Position numbers and translations under genes: made by a program
In this document: positions 11,336 through 22,883 of the stretch, one piece after another
How positions within the stretch are numbered: position 1 is the stretch's first letter
Layout: every line of letters starts with the position of its first letter
The notes under the pieces: generated by a model
What the model was told of the DNA's origin: nothing
The model's database searches: none
Seen by the model: the letters and a program-made list of their open reading frames with translations, nothing else
DNA from: Cladosporium halotolerans
Taxonomy: Eukaryota
Direction: 5' to 3'
DNA: 64,000 nucleotides
NCBI RefSeq assembly: GCF_011745625.1
Contig: NW_027191462.1
Coordinates: 124,001 to 188,000, forward strand

Positions 11336-12643
11336 TCATCCCATACTCTGCACGTAGTTCTGCAGCGCCTCAGCCTCGGCTTCCTTGCTCACGTTCCTCA
11401 GCTTGCCTGGAAGCGTCTTGACCTTCTCCGAGCCACCTCTCGTATTTTCGACAAAGACTCGCAAGTACCTCTTGATGCTCGCCTCCAACACCCGAACAAT
11501 GCCCTCATCCAGCTCATCTTTCTGCATCGTGAATGGCAGGAGGTACATGACCGTGTTCTCAGCAAGCTTCGACTGGCCAGCCGGCGCAACGCTTGCGAGA
11601 CCTGACTTGATGACCGCGAGACTCTGACTGAGAGCAGCGGGGAATTCAACGGATGTGAGCGAGACGCCGAAGACGCGCATCTTCGCGTCGCAGATGATCT
11701 GATCGGCAGAGCCCGGCGCAAGCGTCTGGATGCGCTCGTAGATCGTATCCAGAATAGCGCGGCTGCAAGGCACCGAGCTGAAAGTCGCAACGAGGTCGAA
11801 GAAATCGTTCGCGACGCCCGTGTCGTTGTCGAACTGCTTCATCGCCGCGTCGAAAATCGCCAGCGGAATCGCACCAGTATACGCCGGCGCACTCGCCAGC
11901 CTCTTGAGCGCCTCCGCGTTGACCTCCTCGACACCCTTGTTCGCCTCCGGATCGATGTCCTCCGCCGAAATCTCCGGCAGCATCATCATATCATCCCCCT
12001 CCTCTCCCGCCACCCCCTCCACGGGCTCCTTCCTCTCCTCATCCAGCCCCAAAATCTTCCTCCGCGCGGACAGCTTCGCCAAATAAACCATCTCCAGCTT
12101 CGCGTACTCCAAATACATCCTCCGCTCGTCCCTGCAAAACCTCAGCCCCCGCTGCATGTAGCTCCTTGCCGTCATCATATCCCCCTGCTCCTCAGCATAA
12201 TGCTTCGCCGCCAGAACCCACAGCCCCCACTCCCGCGGCTTCAGCCTCAGCATCGCCGTGAACACCTTCGCCAGCTTCTTCGCGGCCTTCTCCCGCTGGC
12301 AGAACTGCACGTACTGCACCCAGAGCGCCAGGTCGCCGGGGAACTTCTTCGTCGCGCGGTCGAGGATGAAGAAGACGGTGCGCTGCCCGCCGTGCGCGGC
12401 GCTCGATTTCACGCCCAGCCGCTTGCAGCGCTTCTTGCGCAGGCTGTCGAGGTTCATCTCGTACGTCGCGTAGCGCACGTAGTCGCCGGGGCTGCTGCCG
12501 CGGGCGTTGAGGACGTGCTCGAAGTCGGAGCGCTTTTTGGCGATCGCGGTGATTTCGGCGGCGGTGAAGATTTGCTTGCGCTCGTACTCGCGCAGCTCGG
12601 GGACTTGCTGTTCGAGGTAGAAGCGGGCTTTGTCGCTGGCCAT
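11336..12643 (-). CDS. UTP6: U3 snoRNP-associated protein 6 (HAT repeats)
   Basis: N-terminus MASDKARFYLEQQVPELREYERKQIFT..KKRSDFEH, followed by HAT-like repeats (ARSYMQRGLRF). Confidence 0.93.
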   Translation of the reverse strand: MASDKARFYLEQQVPELREYERKQIFTAAEITAIAKKRSDFEHVLNARGSSPGDYVRYATYEMNLDSLRKKRCKRLGVKSSAAHGGQRTVFFILDRATKKFPGDLALWVQYVQFCQREKAAKKLAKVFTAMLRLKPREWGLWVLAAKHYAEEQGDMMTARSYMQRGLRFCRDERRMYLEYAKLEMVYLAKLSARRKILGLDEERKEPVEGVAGEEGDDMMMLPEISAEDIDPEANKGVEEVNAEALKRLASAPAYTGAIPLAIFDAAMKQFDNDTGVANDFFDLVATFSSVPCSRAILDTIYERIQTLAPGSADQIICDAKMRVFGVSLTSVEFPAALSQSLAVIKSGLASVAPAGQSKLAENTVMYLLPFTMQKDELDEGIVRVLEASIKRYLRVFVENTRGGSEKVKTLPGKLRNVSKEAEAEALQNYVQSMG

Positions 12644-12848
12644 GGTGGGCGGGCGCTGTGGGGGGGTTTTGTGGTGGTGTGGTGTGGTGGTGTGGAAGAG
12701 GGCACGGGAGCGGCCTGGCTTGTAGATCTTTTGGGAAGATTTCTGGGAAAGTTTGGATGGAGGCGCCTCGGCTGGAGCAGGTTCAGGGTCTGGAATGGCG
12801 AGCAAAGGTCATAGTTTGGACAGCGGCGGTCGACCCATCTAATCAACA

Positions 12849-12931
12849 GCTTCTTTAGCTCAGTGGTAGAGCGTGGGATTGCAGCCATGCAAGATATCCT
12901 AAGGTCCCTGTTTCGATCACGGGAGGAAGCT
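12849..12931 (+). tRNA. tRNA-Cys(GCA) with 11-nt intron (12885-12895)
   Basis: Acceptor GCTTCTT/AGGAAGC with U discriminator, D-arm TAGCTCAGTGGTAGAGC, anticodon GCA at 12881-12883, T-loop TTCGATC, downstream T-tracts. Confidence 0.9.
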
Positions 12932-13076
12932 TCACTTTTGCCTTTTTGGTGTCCATCATCGATATGCAGTAAACGACACCCATGCAACCATGCTCTGACA
13001 GATCTACGGTTCCTTTGTATATGTATCTTTTTATTCAACATTCAACATGACGATCACTTAACATCACAACTCAACA

Positions 13077-14027
13077 CACGTGCGCGGCTTCCCGGCAATC
13101 TAGGGATACACGTGGACGACACGATAGTTCCAGACCAGGCAATCGCCCACGGTCGCAGCCACAAAGAAGACTAGCACTCCATCTGCATAGATGTCTAAGC
13201 AGAGATTTATTATTTGATATCGCCCGGAGCAACGTCAGTTTCGGCGACGGCAAGATGCGCAACAATGCACGGTGAACAGGCTCAGGCTCGGTGGCAGCGT
13301 CTCACGCGTCTCGTCTGCAGGGGACGGGCGCCGGCCGCCGGGCGAGCTTTCGAACGAGCGGCCGAGCACACGTGCGGAGTCGATTGGCCGAGCTCGTCTT
13401 GCGCAACCTCACTTGAACCCTCGATCGCCTGCAGCCAAATCTTCACCAAACGTGTGGCGTCCGGACTATTGGAAAGTCTCGCTCTCAGCCCTGCGGCGTT
13501 GGAGGTGAACGGGACGGTGCTCGAAAAATTCGGGCGAAGGCATTCAGGCGGCATGTCGACTGCGCCATGTTGTAGGAGTTGCCTCGCGCAGTGTGCGCAG
13601 CGATGGGGAGGATGCTGGACGTATCAGGTACCGGCACGTCTGGCATGTCGCTCCTGAGGCAGCATGGCAGCGAGGCACTGCTTGAGGAGGATGCGGAGGA
13701 TGGACTGGTCCACGGGCCATGCAGCCCCAATGTCTCGTGAGGTGGAGCCCTGAGCCTTGAGGTATCCCCGGGGCCACTAACTGCCGGCTCCATGCTTCCT
13801 CACACGTGCTGCACGCTCTCGTCGGCCACTACAGCGTCTCCGATCAAGACCAGAAGACGGGTGGGCGAGCCGCGGGTGGACTAAAGGTGATCGCTGATAT
13901 CATGCGGCCCGTAGTCTCGCACATCGGCGCATACCAAGGCGGGTGCGAAGAAGCAAAGCATCGAGAAGGCCGTCTTGTCGCGTCTAGGCATGCTCGCGAA
14001 CGACCCGGCCATTGGCCGGTGCACGTT
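13077..14027. promoter_or_regulatory. Cluster of Pho4/NUC-1/PalcA-type bHLH sites upstream of PHO84
   Basis: CACGTG at 13077, 13109, 13369 and 13803; CACGTT at 14022. Confidence 0.75.
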
Positions 14028-14368
14028 CAAGAATCCGTCGAGGGTTTGCTTATGCTGGTTAAGCGTCGCGCGTGGCGAGGGTGTGGCAGCTAGCCTCCCG
14101 CCGTCTTCTGCCCGCAAGACAAAATTATTGGACCCAGGCCCTCTCGCCTAATCTAGCCGCAGTCGAGACGCGGCGTGGGCGGCGTCGTCCATGGCTCTGC
14201 ATCCCACCGACGCCCGTCTCTTTAATAAAGCCCTCCTGGGCGCCGCGAGCTTGTTCACTCGCATCGTCGCTCAAGCCTTGCCAAGTCTGCACCAGTGTTC
14301 TGGCACTTCTCTTCTTGTCTTTCCTTCTTCAATTGCAGTGAGACACCCACCGGTGCCACGAGCTGATC

Positions 14369-16219
14369 ATGGCCGCCAGAACGGCCGGAGGCAACGCTGC
14401 CTTCCACAACTTCAACAACGACTACGCCCACATCGCCGACCCGAACGAGCGCCGTCGTCTCGCCCTTGCTGAGATCGACAAGGCGCCTTTCGGCTGCTAC
14501 CACGTTAGGGCCATCCTTGTCGCCGGTATTGGTTTCTTCACCGATGCCTACGACATCTTCGCCATTGGTCTGGTGACGACCATGCTGGGTGTGGTCTACT
14601 GGCAAGATGCCAGCCTTCCCTCCAGCCTCCGTGGTGTCATTCCTCAGTCTTCGGATACCGCTATCAAGGTCGCGACTTCCGGTGGTACTGTCCTCGGTCA
14701 GGTCGGCTTCGGTTGGCTCGCCGATGTTGTTGGCCGCAAGAAGATGTACGGTCTTGAGTTGATCTTGATCATCTTCGCGACCACTGCCCAGGCTCTCACT
14801 TCCGATTCTCCGTCCATGTCTATCGTTGGTACCGTCATCTTCTGGCGTGTTCTCATGGGAAGTGAGTAGCAATCATGATCGAAGCAATCGACGACACAAT
14901 CCATGCTAACGTCCATTCCAGTCGGTATCGGAGGTGACTACCCTCTCAGCTCCATCATCACTTCTGAGTTCGCTACCACCAAGTGGCGCGGTGCCATGAT
15001 GGGATCTGTCTTCGCCATGCAGGGTATTGGCCAGTTTGCTGCTGGCATCATCGCTCTCATCGTCACCAGCGGCTTCAAGGAGTCCCTGCTCACCGCATCC
15101 TCTGTCAGCCAGTGCAGCGGCGTCTGCCAGATCGCAGTGGACAAGATGTGGCGTGTGATCATCGGCTTTGGCGCCGTCCCTGGCTGCATCGCCCTCTACT
15201 ACCGCCTCACCATCCCCGAGACTCCTCGCTACACCTTCGACGTCTCTCGCGATGTCGTCAAGGCCGGCTCTGATGTCAAGGCCTACCTGTCTTCCAAGCC
15301 CGAGGGTATCCCCGACGAGATCACCCGCGTCAACACCATGCGCGATGCCGCGCCCCAGATGGAGATCCCCAAGGCCTCCTGGAGCGACTTCTGGCGCCAC
15401 TACAGCCAGTGGAAGTACGGCAAGATCCTGCTCGGCACCGCCGGCTCCTGGTTCTTCCTCGACGTCGCCTTCTACGGCGTCGGTCTCAACAACGCCACCA
15501 TCCTGCAGGCCATCGGCTACGCCAAGGGCGAGAACGTCTACAAGATCTTCTACAACATCTCCGTCGGCAACCTCATCCTCGTCTGCGCCGGCGCCATCCC
15601 CGGCTACTGGGTCACCGTCGCCACCGTCGACACCATCGGCCGCAAGACCATCCAGATGATGGGCTTCATCATCCTGACCATCATGTTCTGCATCATGGGC
15701 TTCGGCTACCACGCCATCGGCGAGAAGGGCCTGCTCGCCTGCTACGTCATCGCCTCCTTCTTCTTCAACTTCGGCCCCAACGCCACCACCTTCATCGTCC
15801 CCGGCGAATGTAAGTCCAACCCAGCTCCCCCTCCAGCCATACAACACATCACATACTAATCCCCAACCCCCCCAACAGGCTTCCCAACCCGCTACCGCTC
15901 CACCTCGCACGGCCTCTCCGCCGCCTCCGGCAAAGTCGGCTCCATCATCGCGCAGGTGCTCATCGGGCCCCTGCGCACGCGCGGCGCCACCCCGACCAAC
16001 AAGAGCCCCTGGCTCAACCACGTCATGGAGATCTACGCGCTCTTCATGCTGCTCGGCTGCTTCACGACGCTGCTGATCCCGGAGACGAAGCGCAAGACGC
16101 TCGAGCAGCTCGCCGGCGAGGTGCCCGGCACGCCCGAGTACGATCCCAGGCTGGCGGGGCGGAGGGTCAGCGTCGAGGGCGCGGATGAGAAGGGGAGGGT
16201 TAGTTCGCAGGAGGTGTAG
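14369..16219 (+). CDS. PHO84: High-affinity inorganic phosphate:H+ symporter (MFS)
   Basis: Exons 14369-14861, 14922-15809, 15879-16219. Motifs GIGFFTDAYDIF, GRKKMYG, GIGGDYPLSS, FGPNATTFIVPGECFPTRYRST, PETKRKTLE. Confidence 0.96.
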
Positions 16220-16751
16220 AGCTGCTCTTCGGTTTTTTTTTTGGGGTTTGATTCTTGAAAGGAGGTTGAGGCTGTTCGTTCTTTCGATTGTATTTGCTTG
16301 TTTAATGGACTGTGGACTTAGTTTGTCTAGTGTGTAAGAGCACTCATCGCAGCTGTACTATTCGCTTCCTGCCCACTGCCCTCCTAATCTTTGTCTTCAA
16401 TTACTTGGACGTCGTGCGTCCCGTGCGTGACCTATCAGATAGTGTCGTCAAGCTGTGCACATGATGAATTCCTGTCTTGCTGGAACGTCGACCATTCAAC
16501 TTTCCAGGTGATAGTTTACTGCTCTACACTATCACTGAAGGGGTACGCTTGACGGGACGAAAGTCACACAAAGTGCAATACAAGATGATCATCCCGTCAC
16601 GACAAAGTATGGTACACTCCCATCCCTCCCTACTCGAAACAAACCCACCCTAACCAAGCCTCGCTAATAAAAAAAACAAAAAAACGCAGCAGAACCACAC
16701 CCGGGCTGACGGCACTCACCCATCAAATTCCTTTCACATCCCTACCTCACA

Positions 16752-19700
16752 TCACCCCTCCATCCTCCCAACCCTCACCCCCCTCCTCTCAACCCCCTCC
16801 CTCAACCCCCTCAGCACCTTCCGCCTCCCCCTCTCCCTCCCCAACCACCCCTCCGCCTCCTCGGCCGAAACATCCACCATCTTCCTCCTAGCGCTCCCGC
16901 CCAGACTCCGCCCGAGCGCGCTCGCGCCCAGATCCGGCACGGCCGAACTCCTTCCCGGCGTGCGCAGCCGTGAAACAGACGAGCCGAACATCCCGCTCAT
17001 GCCCAGCGGATCGCCGTTGGCCGCCATGCGGGCGCGGGGCGTCCTGCGCGGCGTCGCAGCACCAGGAGAGCCAGAGACGGACGCCGCGAGCAGGCTGTTG
17101 CCCCGCAGGGCCGCGGCGAGGTCGTCTTCGTAGGCGTCGCTCAGGCGCAAGCCGGCGAGGCCCTGCGGCAGGCGGCGGATCTGGGCCTCGAGGACGTCGA
17201 CGTCGCCGCTGCGCTGCTCGACCATGGCGGTCATTTTGAGGATGGTGTTGGTGACTGCTTCGACGGTGGGGACGTTGGAAGGCGGAGCGGGAGAGCCGGC
17301 GGCGGCGGCGGCGGAGGGGGCGGCGGACGCCAGGTCCGCGCGCAGGATGCTCATGGCCTCTTCGGCCTCGGCGAACTGTTTCTGGAGGCGCTGGGCGGCG
17401 GCGCGGAGCTCGGTTTGCTGCGCGGCCGTCTCGGCGGGCAGGGGCGCGTTGTACTGCTCGGCCTGCTGGCGGGGGTCGGTGCGGGCGGAGATGAGGCGGC
17501 GGAGGTCAGCGGCGCGGGCCTTGAGCTTGTGGAGTTCGCGCTCGTCGTCGAGGCAGTCGGCGATTTTGGCGGCGGGGTCGTCGACGCGGCCGCGGTCGAG
17601 GTCCTTGCCGATGCCGTCGATCAGGGAGGCGAGCTCGTCGAGCTCCGCGAGCACCCAGGGGGACTCGTCGTCGAGGTCGCTGCGGCTCATGGGGCCGGAG
17701 GTGGCGCGGGCGGCGCTGTGGGCGGCGACGAAGGACTGCAGGGAGCGGGCGTTGAGGCCGAGCGTGTCGATCATGCTGTTGACGTCGCGGTAGACCTTCT
17801 CAATCGAGCCGGCGGCGCCGGGTTTGTCTGAGCCGCCGGTGTAGGTTGAGTGGGCGAGGAAGCCGGGCATTTCCTTGGAGGGCTGCACCGGTGCTTCGAG
17901 GATCGATTTGATGCGCGCATCTTCTTCGTCTTCGAGGTCGGCTTGAGTTGGAGGTTGCGGCGATGGAGCCTTTTGGCGAACGGGTGGGCGATCGACGGAC
18001 TTGCTTGGAGGCACTGAGGATCTGCCGAATGATGGCGGCTGGGCAGATGTTGACTCTCGCGGGGCCCGTACGGGGCTGGGCGAGCGAGGACTTTCTTGCG
18101 CTTTGGGAGCCGGAGGTGCAAAGCTTGTAGGTGGTTTGGGAAAGCCAGCTGGTGTGTACGAGGCCTTCTTTTCGGTCTGTGGCGTGGTGGATTGCTCCTT
18201 TTGTTGGCTCCTCTTCGGGCTTGCGGGTGAAATTCTTGCCTCGAAGGCGGACAGTTGTTGAGGGTCGTCGATGGTACGGTCTTCTTCCTCGTCGTCATCG
18301 TCTTCTTCGTCGTCTTCGTCATCATCTTCGTCATCTTCGTCGCCCTCTTCGCCGTCATCTTCCTCGTCCTCCTCATCGCTCCAATTGGGCTCGTCATCAT
18401 CTTCAGGCGGACCATCCTCCTCCCCACTGGCCGGCTCAGAAAACTTCTCATCGCCGACATCGAGAGGTGGGCTGCCGGCGATAGGGACGTCAGCACCCTC
18501 GTCGTCATTCTTCGGCTTCGCGGTCAAGAAGTCTGGAGGCAGTGGCGCATCGTCTACTGCAGGCGAGGGTTCCTTCGGCTTGCTCGTGAGAAAGTCTGGA
18601 GGAAGCGGTGCATCATCCTGAGCGGAAGACGACTTCTCCTTGGACTTCTCTTCGAGCGTGCCTGATGGTGTCAGCAGACCAGGTCCGTCCGACACATCTT
18701 TGTTTTGTTTCGGCGGGCTAGCGGGCGTAGTAGAGGCTTCGGGGATATTGCTGAGCTTCGGCGACTGCGCGGTGTCCGGGTCCTCTTTGATCGGGGTGGT
18801 CGGGTCGGATTTCTTGCCAAGTGTGTTGAGGGAGTTGGCGAAGCCGGCGCCGAAGAGACTGGCGCCCGGATCCTTCGGCTTGGGCAGGTCGTCCTTCGCA
18901 CTTCCGTCAGGCTTGAACGAGGATCCGAGCTTGAAGCCACTGAAGCCTCCAAGACCAGACGACTGCTTGTTGGCGTCTTCGCTAGGCTTATCCTCCTGCG
19001 CTTGCGAAGGCTGACCAAACGAAGATTTGCCGAAAGAGGCCCCTTGACCGAAAGTACTGCCAGACCCGAAGCTTCCTGTAGTCGAGCTTAGCGTCACAGT
19101 CGAACCAAAAGAGGGGTCGGTGGGCATACCAGGCTTTTGCTGCCCTGCTGAAGAGAACGGTGATGATGATGATACGGGGATCTTGCTGGCGAATGCAGAT
19201 CCTCCAGACCCAGCTGTAGAGAAGGGCGAGGCAGCTGCGGGCTTATCGTCGTCCTTTGGCTTGCCGAAGCTGGCGAAAGGCGAAGCTTGAGATTTATCAT
19301 CGTTGCCGCTAGGTTTACCGAAGCTGCCGAAGGGTGAGGCGGCCGGCTTCTCCTTGTCCTCGTTCTGCTTCGCAAAGCTGCCGAAAGGCGACGCAGCCGG
19401 CTTGTCGGCTTGTTTCGCAGCACTACCGAAAGGAGCGGCAGCAGGCTTACCATCGTCGCCACTCGGCTTTCCGAAACTGCTGAAGGGCGAAGCAAGATTG
19501 TTCTGCTCAGAGGTCTGCTTGCCAAAGCTGCCAAACGGTGAAGCGCCAGAATTGGTCTGGTCGTTGTTTGGCTTAGCGAAGCTACCAAATGGAGAGCCTG
19601 CAGGCTTCTTGTCGTCGCCGTTGGGCTTCGAGAAGCTGGCAAAGGGAGAGGCGAGCGATTTGCCATCTCCCTCAGCTGGCTTGCTAAAGGCTGCAAAAGG

Positions 19701-21473
19701 AGATTGACCACTCGCATTGCCTCCGAAAACGGAACCTCCTTGGGCTGATTGTGAATTTTGGCTTGGTGTAGGTGCACCCCACGGCGAAGGCTTGTTGGCA
19801 CCCATACCTCCAGTCTGACCGAACGCGGCAGGACCTCCGAAAGTAGCACCGCCAGCCGGTTTGCCGAACGCAGGAGCACTCGGTGATGACGCAGGCGGTG
19901 CGCCCCAAGGTGATGACATTTTGCCAAAGGCTGATGTGCTACCAAAAGCTGGCGTGCTGCTCTGGCCGAAGGCGGGCTGTGAGGGAGTCTGAGTCTGGGC
20001 TTGCTTCGGTGTCGACGATCCAAAAGGTGCAGAGCTTGTGTTGAAAGCGCTCGGCGTCTGCTGCGGTGGCGCCGGAGTTTGAGCTTGCTCCTGAGCATTT
20101 GCGGTTACGAGCCCCGAGTATGCAGTTTTCTGGCGGACAGATTCGTTGTAGACGACGTGCCATGCACTGAGAATGCCTTCGTGGTTAAGAACAAAAAGCG
20201 CAGGCAACGGGGTAGCTGATTCGTCAATCTCCTCGTCACTAGGAATCGGTTTTCGTACTTTTTCCTTGGTGCTGAGATCCAACGACATGCCGATCACAGA
20301 TGTCTCACTCATGCCGTCTTCCATACTCACAGGTAGAGTCGCCCTGCGTGTGTCCTCCAGTGGTGTTGTCGTTGTATAGGTGTGCGTAATCAAGCCGGCC
20401 TCAACATCTTGTGACAAGGGCGTCTTTGATCGCGTGATAGCACCGATGTCCGATGAGATCGTTGAGCTGAGGATAAGGGTATCTTCGAGGTTAGGAGCCC
20501 ATTCCCTGAGACGCTGGATGAAATGTTGCGCCGGCACTCGCTCTTCCATAAAACCTGGACAAGGATCCATAAACCTGTGATAGCTACAGTTTCCAGACTG
20601 CTTTTCCCGGTGAACTAGGTGGTACTCCGCGTCGTTTCGGGGAGCCATGCCATCGGATTCCTCGGCTGGAGGATTGATTGGCGCATGAATCATGAGGAAG
20701 TCCAGAGTTTCGAGCCAGTATATCGCGGTGACAGGTAGGCCCCGTTCTTGCGGGTCTCGGCCCTCCGTCAGTTGCGGCGGTTTAGGAATGTTCGCTTTGG
20801 TGTTGCCCTGCAAATCCACTTGAGCAGCAGTGCCGTCCGCTAAGCCGGCGACAATCTGCTTTCCGAGTCTTGACCAACAGGCACAGCTGACATTCTCCTT
20901 GAACACTGGCCCTCCGTTTGCGCCATTGACAAGCTGTCTCTGCTTGAGATCTGCCAAGAGCAATTGTCCGTTCGCTAGTACTAAGCCAAATTGGTGCGAG
21001 TTGTCCTTGGACGGGTTTGCCAGAATCTGCCGGACAGCTACACCGTTCGTGGGTATTTGGATTTCCGACTCTTTGTTTCCGCTCAATAGCCCATTTGTAT
21101 CATACACTGCCAGTCCGCCTCCCTCTTCCGCTGAGATGACAAGACAGCTCTCATCGCTTGAGAAGACGACGTGTGAGACCCTAGGGACCGGGATTGTAGC
21201 TTGCGGTGTGAACGGCTTTACGCTGTCTTTCGAGTCCACCGCAAAGGCTTGTCGAACGCTCTCGGTTGTTGCGATGATCAATGAGTCCGGTCCAGCAGCA
21301 GCAAGTAGTCCTCTACCGGGCGCAACCGAGAGAAGCGAGGCAGTCGTAGGCGGAAATCTGTCGCTCGACCATGGTGCAGGTAGCAAGCGTAGCTTGTTCT
21401 CGGACGCGAACGCTTGAAACCCTAGCTGCTCCGTCTCGATCGACTCCAGATCTGTGGCAGCGTTGGCGGACAT
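16752..21473 (-). CDS. NUP159: Nucleoporin Nup159/Nup214
   Basis: N-terminal beta-propeller-like region, many SPFG/PAFG/SFG repeats, acidic tract and C-terminal coiled coil. First ATG at 21473; an upstream exon cannot be excluded. Confidence 0.9.
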   Translation of the reverse strand: MSANAATDLESIETEQLGFQAFASENKLRLLPAPWSSDRFPPTTASLLSVAPGRGLLAAAGPDSLIIATTESVRQAFAVDSKDSVKPFTPQATIPVPRVSHVVFSSDESCLVISAEEGGGLAVYDTNGLLSGNKESEIQIPTNGVAVRQILANPSKDNSHQFGLVLANGQLLLADLKQRQLVNGANGGPVFKENVSCACWSRLGKQIVAGLADGTAAQVDLQGNTKANIPKPPQLTEGRDPQERGLPVTAIYWLETLDFLMIHAPINPPAEESDGMAPRNDAEYHLVHREKQSGNCSYHRFMDPCPGFMEERVPAQHFIQRLREWAPNLEDTLILSSTISSDIGAITRSKTPLSQDVEAGLITHTYTTTTPLEDTRRATLPVSMEDGMSETSVIGMSLDLSTKEKVRKPIPSDEEIDESATPLPALFVLNHEGILSAWHVVYNESVRQKTAYSGLVTANAQEQAQTPAPPQQTPSAFNTSSAPFGSSTPKQAQTQTPSQPAFGQSSTPAFGSTSAFGKMSSPWGAPPASSPSAPAFGKPAGGATFGGPAAFGQTGGMGANKPSPWGAPTPSQNSQSAQGGSVFGGNASGQSPFAAFSKPAEGDGKSLASPFASFSKPNGDDKKPAGSPFGSFAKPNNDQTNSGASPFGSFGKQTSEQNNLASPFSSFGKPSGDDGKPAAAPFGSAAKQADKPAASPFGSFAKQNEDKEKPAASPFGSFGKPSGNDDKSQASPFASFGKPKDDDKPAAASPFSTAGSGGSAFASKIPVSSSSPFSSAGQQKPGMPTDPSFGSTVTLSSTTGSFGSGSTFGQGASFGKSSFGQPSQAQEDKPSEDANKQSSGLGGFSGFKLGSSFKPDGSAKDDLPKPKDPGASLFGAGFANSLNTLGKKSDPTTPIKEDPDTAQSPKLSNIPEASTTPASPPKQNKDVSDGPGLLTPSGTLEEKSKEKSSSAQDDAPLPPDFLTSKPKEPSPAVDDAPLPPDFLTAKPKNDDEGADVPIAGSPPLDVGDEKFSEPASGEEDGPPEDDDEPNWSDEEDEEDDGEEGDEDDEDDDEDDEEDDDDEEEDRTIDDPQQLSAFEARISPASPKRSQQKEQSTTPQTEKKASYTPAGFPKPPTSFAPPAPKAQESPRSPSPVRAPRESTSAQPPSFGRSSVPPSKSVDRPPVRQKAPSPQPPTQADLEDEEDARIKSILEAPVQPSKEMPGFLAHSTYTGGSDKPGAAGSIEKVYRDVNSMIDTLGLNARSLQSFVAAHSAARATSGPMSRSDLDDESPWVLAELDELASLIDGIGKDLDRGRVDDPAAKIADCLDDERELHKLKARAADLRRLISARTDPRQQAEQYNAPLPAETAAQQTELRAAAQRLQKQFAEAEEAMSILRADLASAAPSAAAAAGSPAPPSNVPTVEAVTNTILKMTAMVEQRSGDVDVLEAQIRRLPQGLAGLRLSDAYEDDLAAALRGNSLLAASVSGSPGAATPRRTPRARMAANGDPLGMSGMFGSSVSRLRTPGRSSAVPDLGASALGRSLGGSARRKMVDVSAEEAEGWLGRERGRRKVLRGLREGVERRGVRVGRMEG

Positions 21474-22002
21474 GATGGTCTCGACCACCTTTTGACCGTG
21501 CGAACGCGCAGCGTGGGTGGTGCAGAGTTACCTTTCTACTCCAGCAACGGGCGCTTCGCGCCTTTCCTCAGTTCCAGACTTGCTCCCTCGCTGAGTTGGC
21601 GCGTTGTATGCTAGTCGTGTCGGAAAGTGTTACGCAGATCCAGGAAGCTGCCAGTCGAGTATGATTTGTGTTGGCGGCGATTTATGCCAATAGCATAGCA
21701 AGAGATGTGGTGTTTGTTTCCTTGCGGCGGCCGCAATGCTGAGGGCGCGTTCGCTGGAAGTTTGTTGGAACTTTGAGCGCCAGGCGACGCGGAGAGCTTC
21801 ACGTCCGAGCTGCCGTCACTGGCTGGCTGCGGCAGGCAGCTCGCAGGCACGTAGGCCGCATCATCAATCATCTCTCACTGCCAACCAACAATTCAACAAC
21901 CTCTTCACACACATTCGCGCAACTCCATCTCACGACTGTACGCCGAATTTACGTCCTTGATACAGACATACACTTGTATTGCCGATCGCGCACTCGAACA
22001 AC

Positions 22003-22883
22003 ATGCCGGGCTTCGACTTCTCAAACCACAACCGCAACCTCGCCCTCCACGCCAAAGGCGTCCCTCTCCCCAAGGCCACATCCACCGGTACCACTATCGT
22101 CGGTGCTCTTTACGATGGCGGCGTTGTCATTGCCGCCGACACACGTGCGACCAGCGGTCCCATAGTCGCAGACAAGGTTCGTGATGAGTGGCACACCCCG
22201 TTCGAACAACCTACTGACACCACCTACAGAACTGCGAGAAGCTCCACTACATTGCCCCTCAGATCTGGTGCGCCGGTGCCGGTACTGCCGCAGACACCGA
22301 ATTCACGACCGCTCTTATGTCGTCCAACCTCGAGCTCCACTCCCTTTCAACTGGCCGTAAACCGCGCGTTGTCACCGTGATGACCATGCTCAAGCAACAC
22401 CTGTTCCGCTACCAGGGTCACATTGGCGCATATCTCGTGGTAGCAGGCTGCGATCCGACCGGAGCACACCTCTTCACAGTCCACGCGCACGGCTCAACAG
22501 ACAAGCTTCCCTACGTGACGATGGGTTCCGGCAGTCTGGCTGCCATGAGCGTTTTCGAGACACAGTGGAAGCCCAACCTCACTCGCGACGAGGCCGTCAA
22601 GCTCTGCGCGAACGCCATCGAGGCCGGTATCTTCAACGATCTGGGCTCCGGCTCCAACGTGGACGTGTGCGTGATCACCAAGGACAACACCCAGCTGATG
22701 AGGAATTACCTCACGCCGAACACAAGAGAGAAGAAGATGCGCGACTACAAGTTCCAGAGAGGAACTACTGCGGTGCTGAACGAGAAGATCATCACAAAGG
22801 AAGACATCACCAAGTACGTCACGGTGCAGGACATGGGTGATGGTGAGCCCGGAGTTGGTGAGAAGATGGAAGTCGATGCGTGA
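22003..22883 (+). CDS. PUP1: 20S proteasome subunit beta-2
   Basis: Exon 22003-22176, intron 22177-22229, exon 22230-22883. Propeptide followed by [21 protein letters not shown] and [10 protein letters not shown]. Confidence 0.97.

Noticed and set aside
16462..16539. ATGATGA...CTGA C/D-box snoRNA-like arrangement
   Set aside because: The would-be guide is locked in an internal stem, there is no good terminal stem, and I recognised no rRNA complementarity.
22177..22229. GTGATGA and CTGA within the PUP1 intron
   Set aside because: Too short for a snoRNA, and the CTGA is the branch point.
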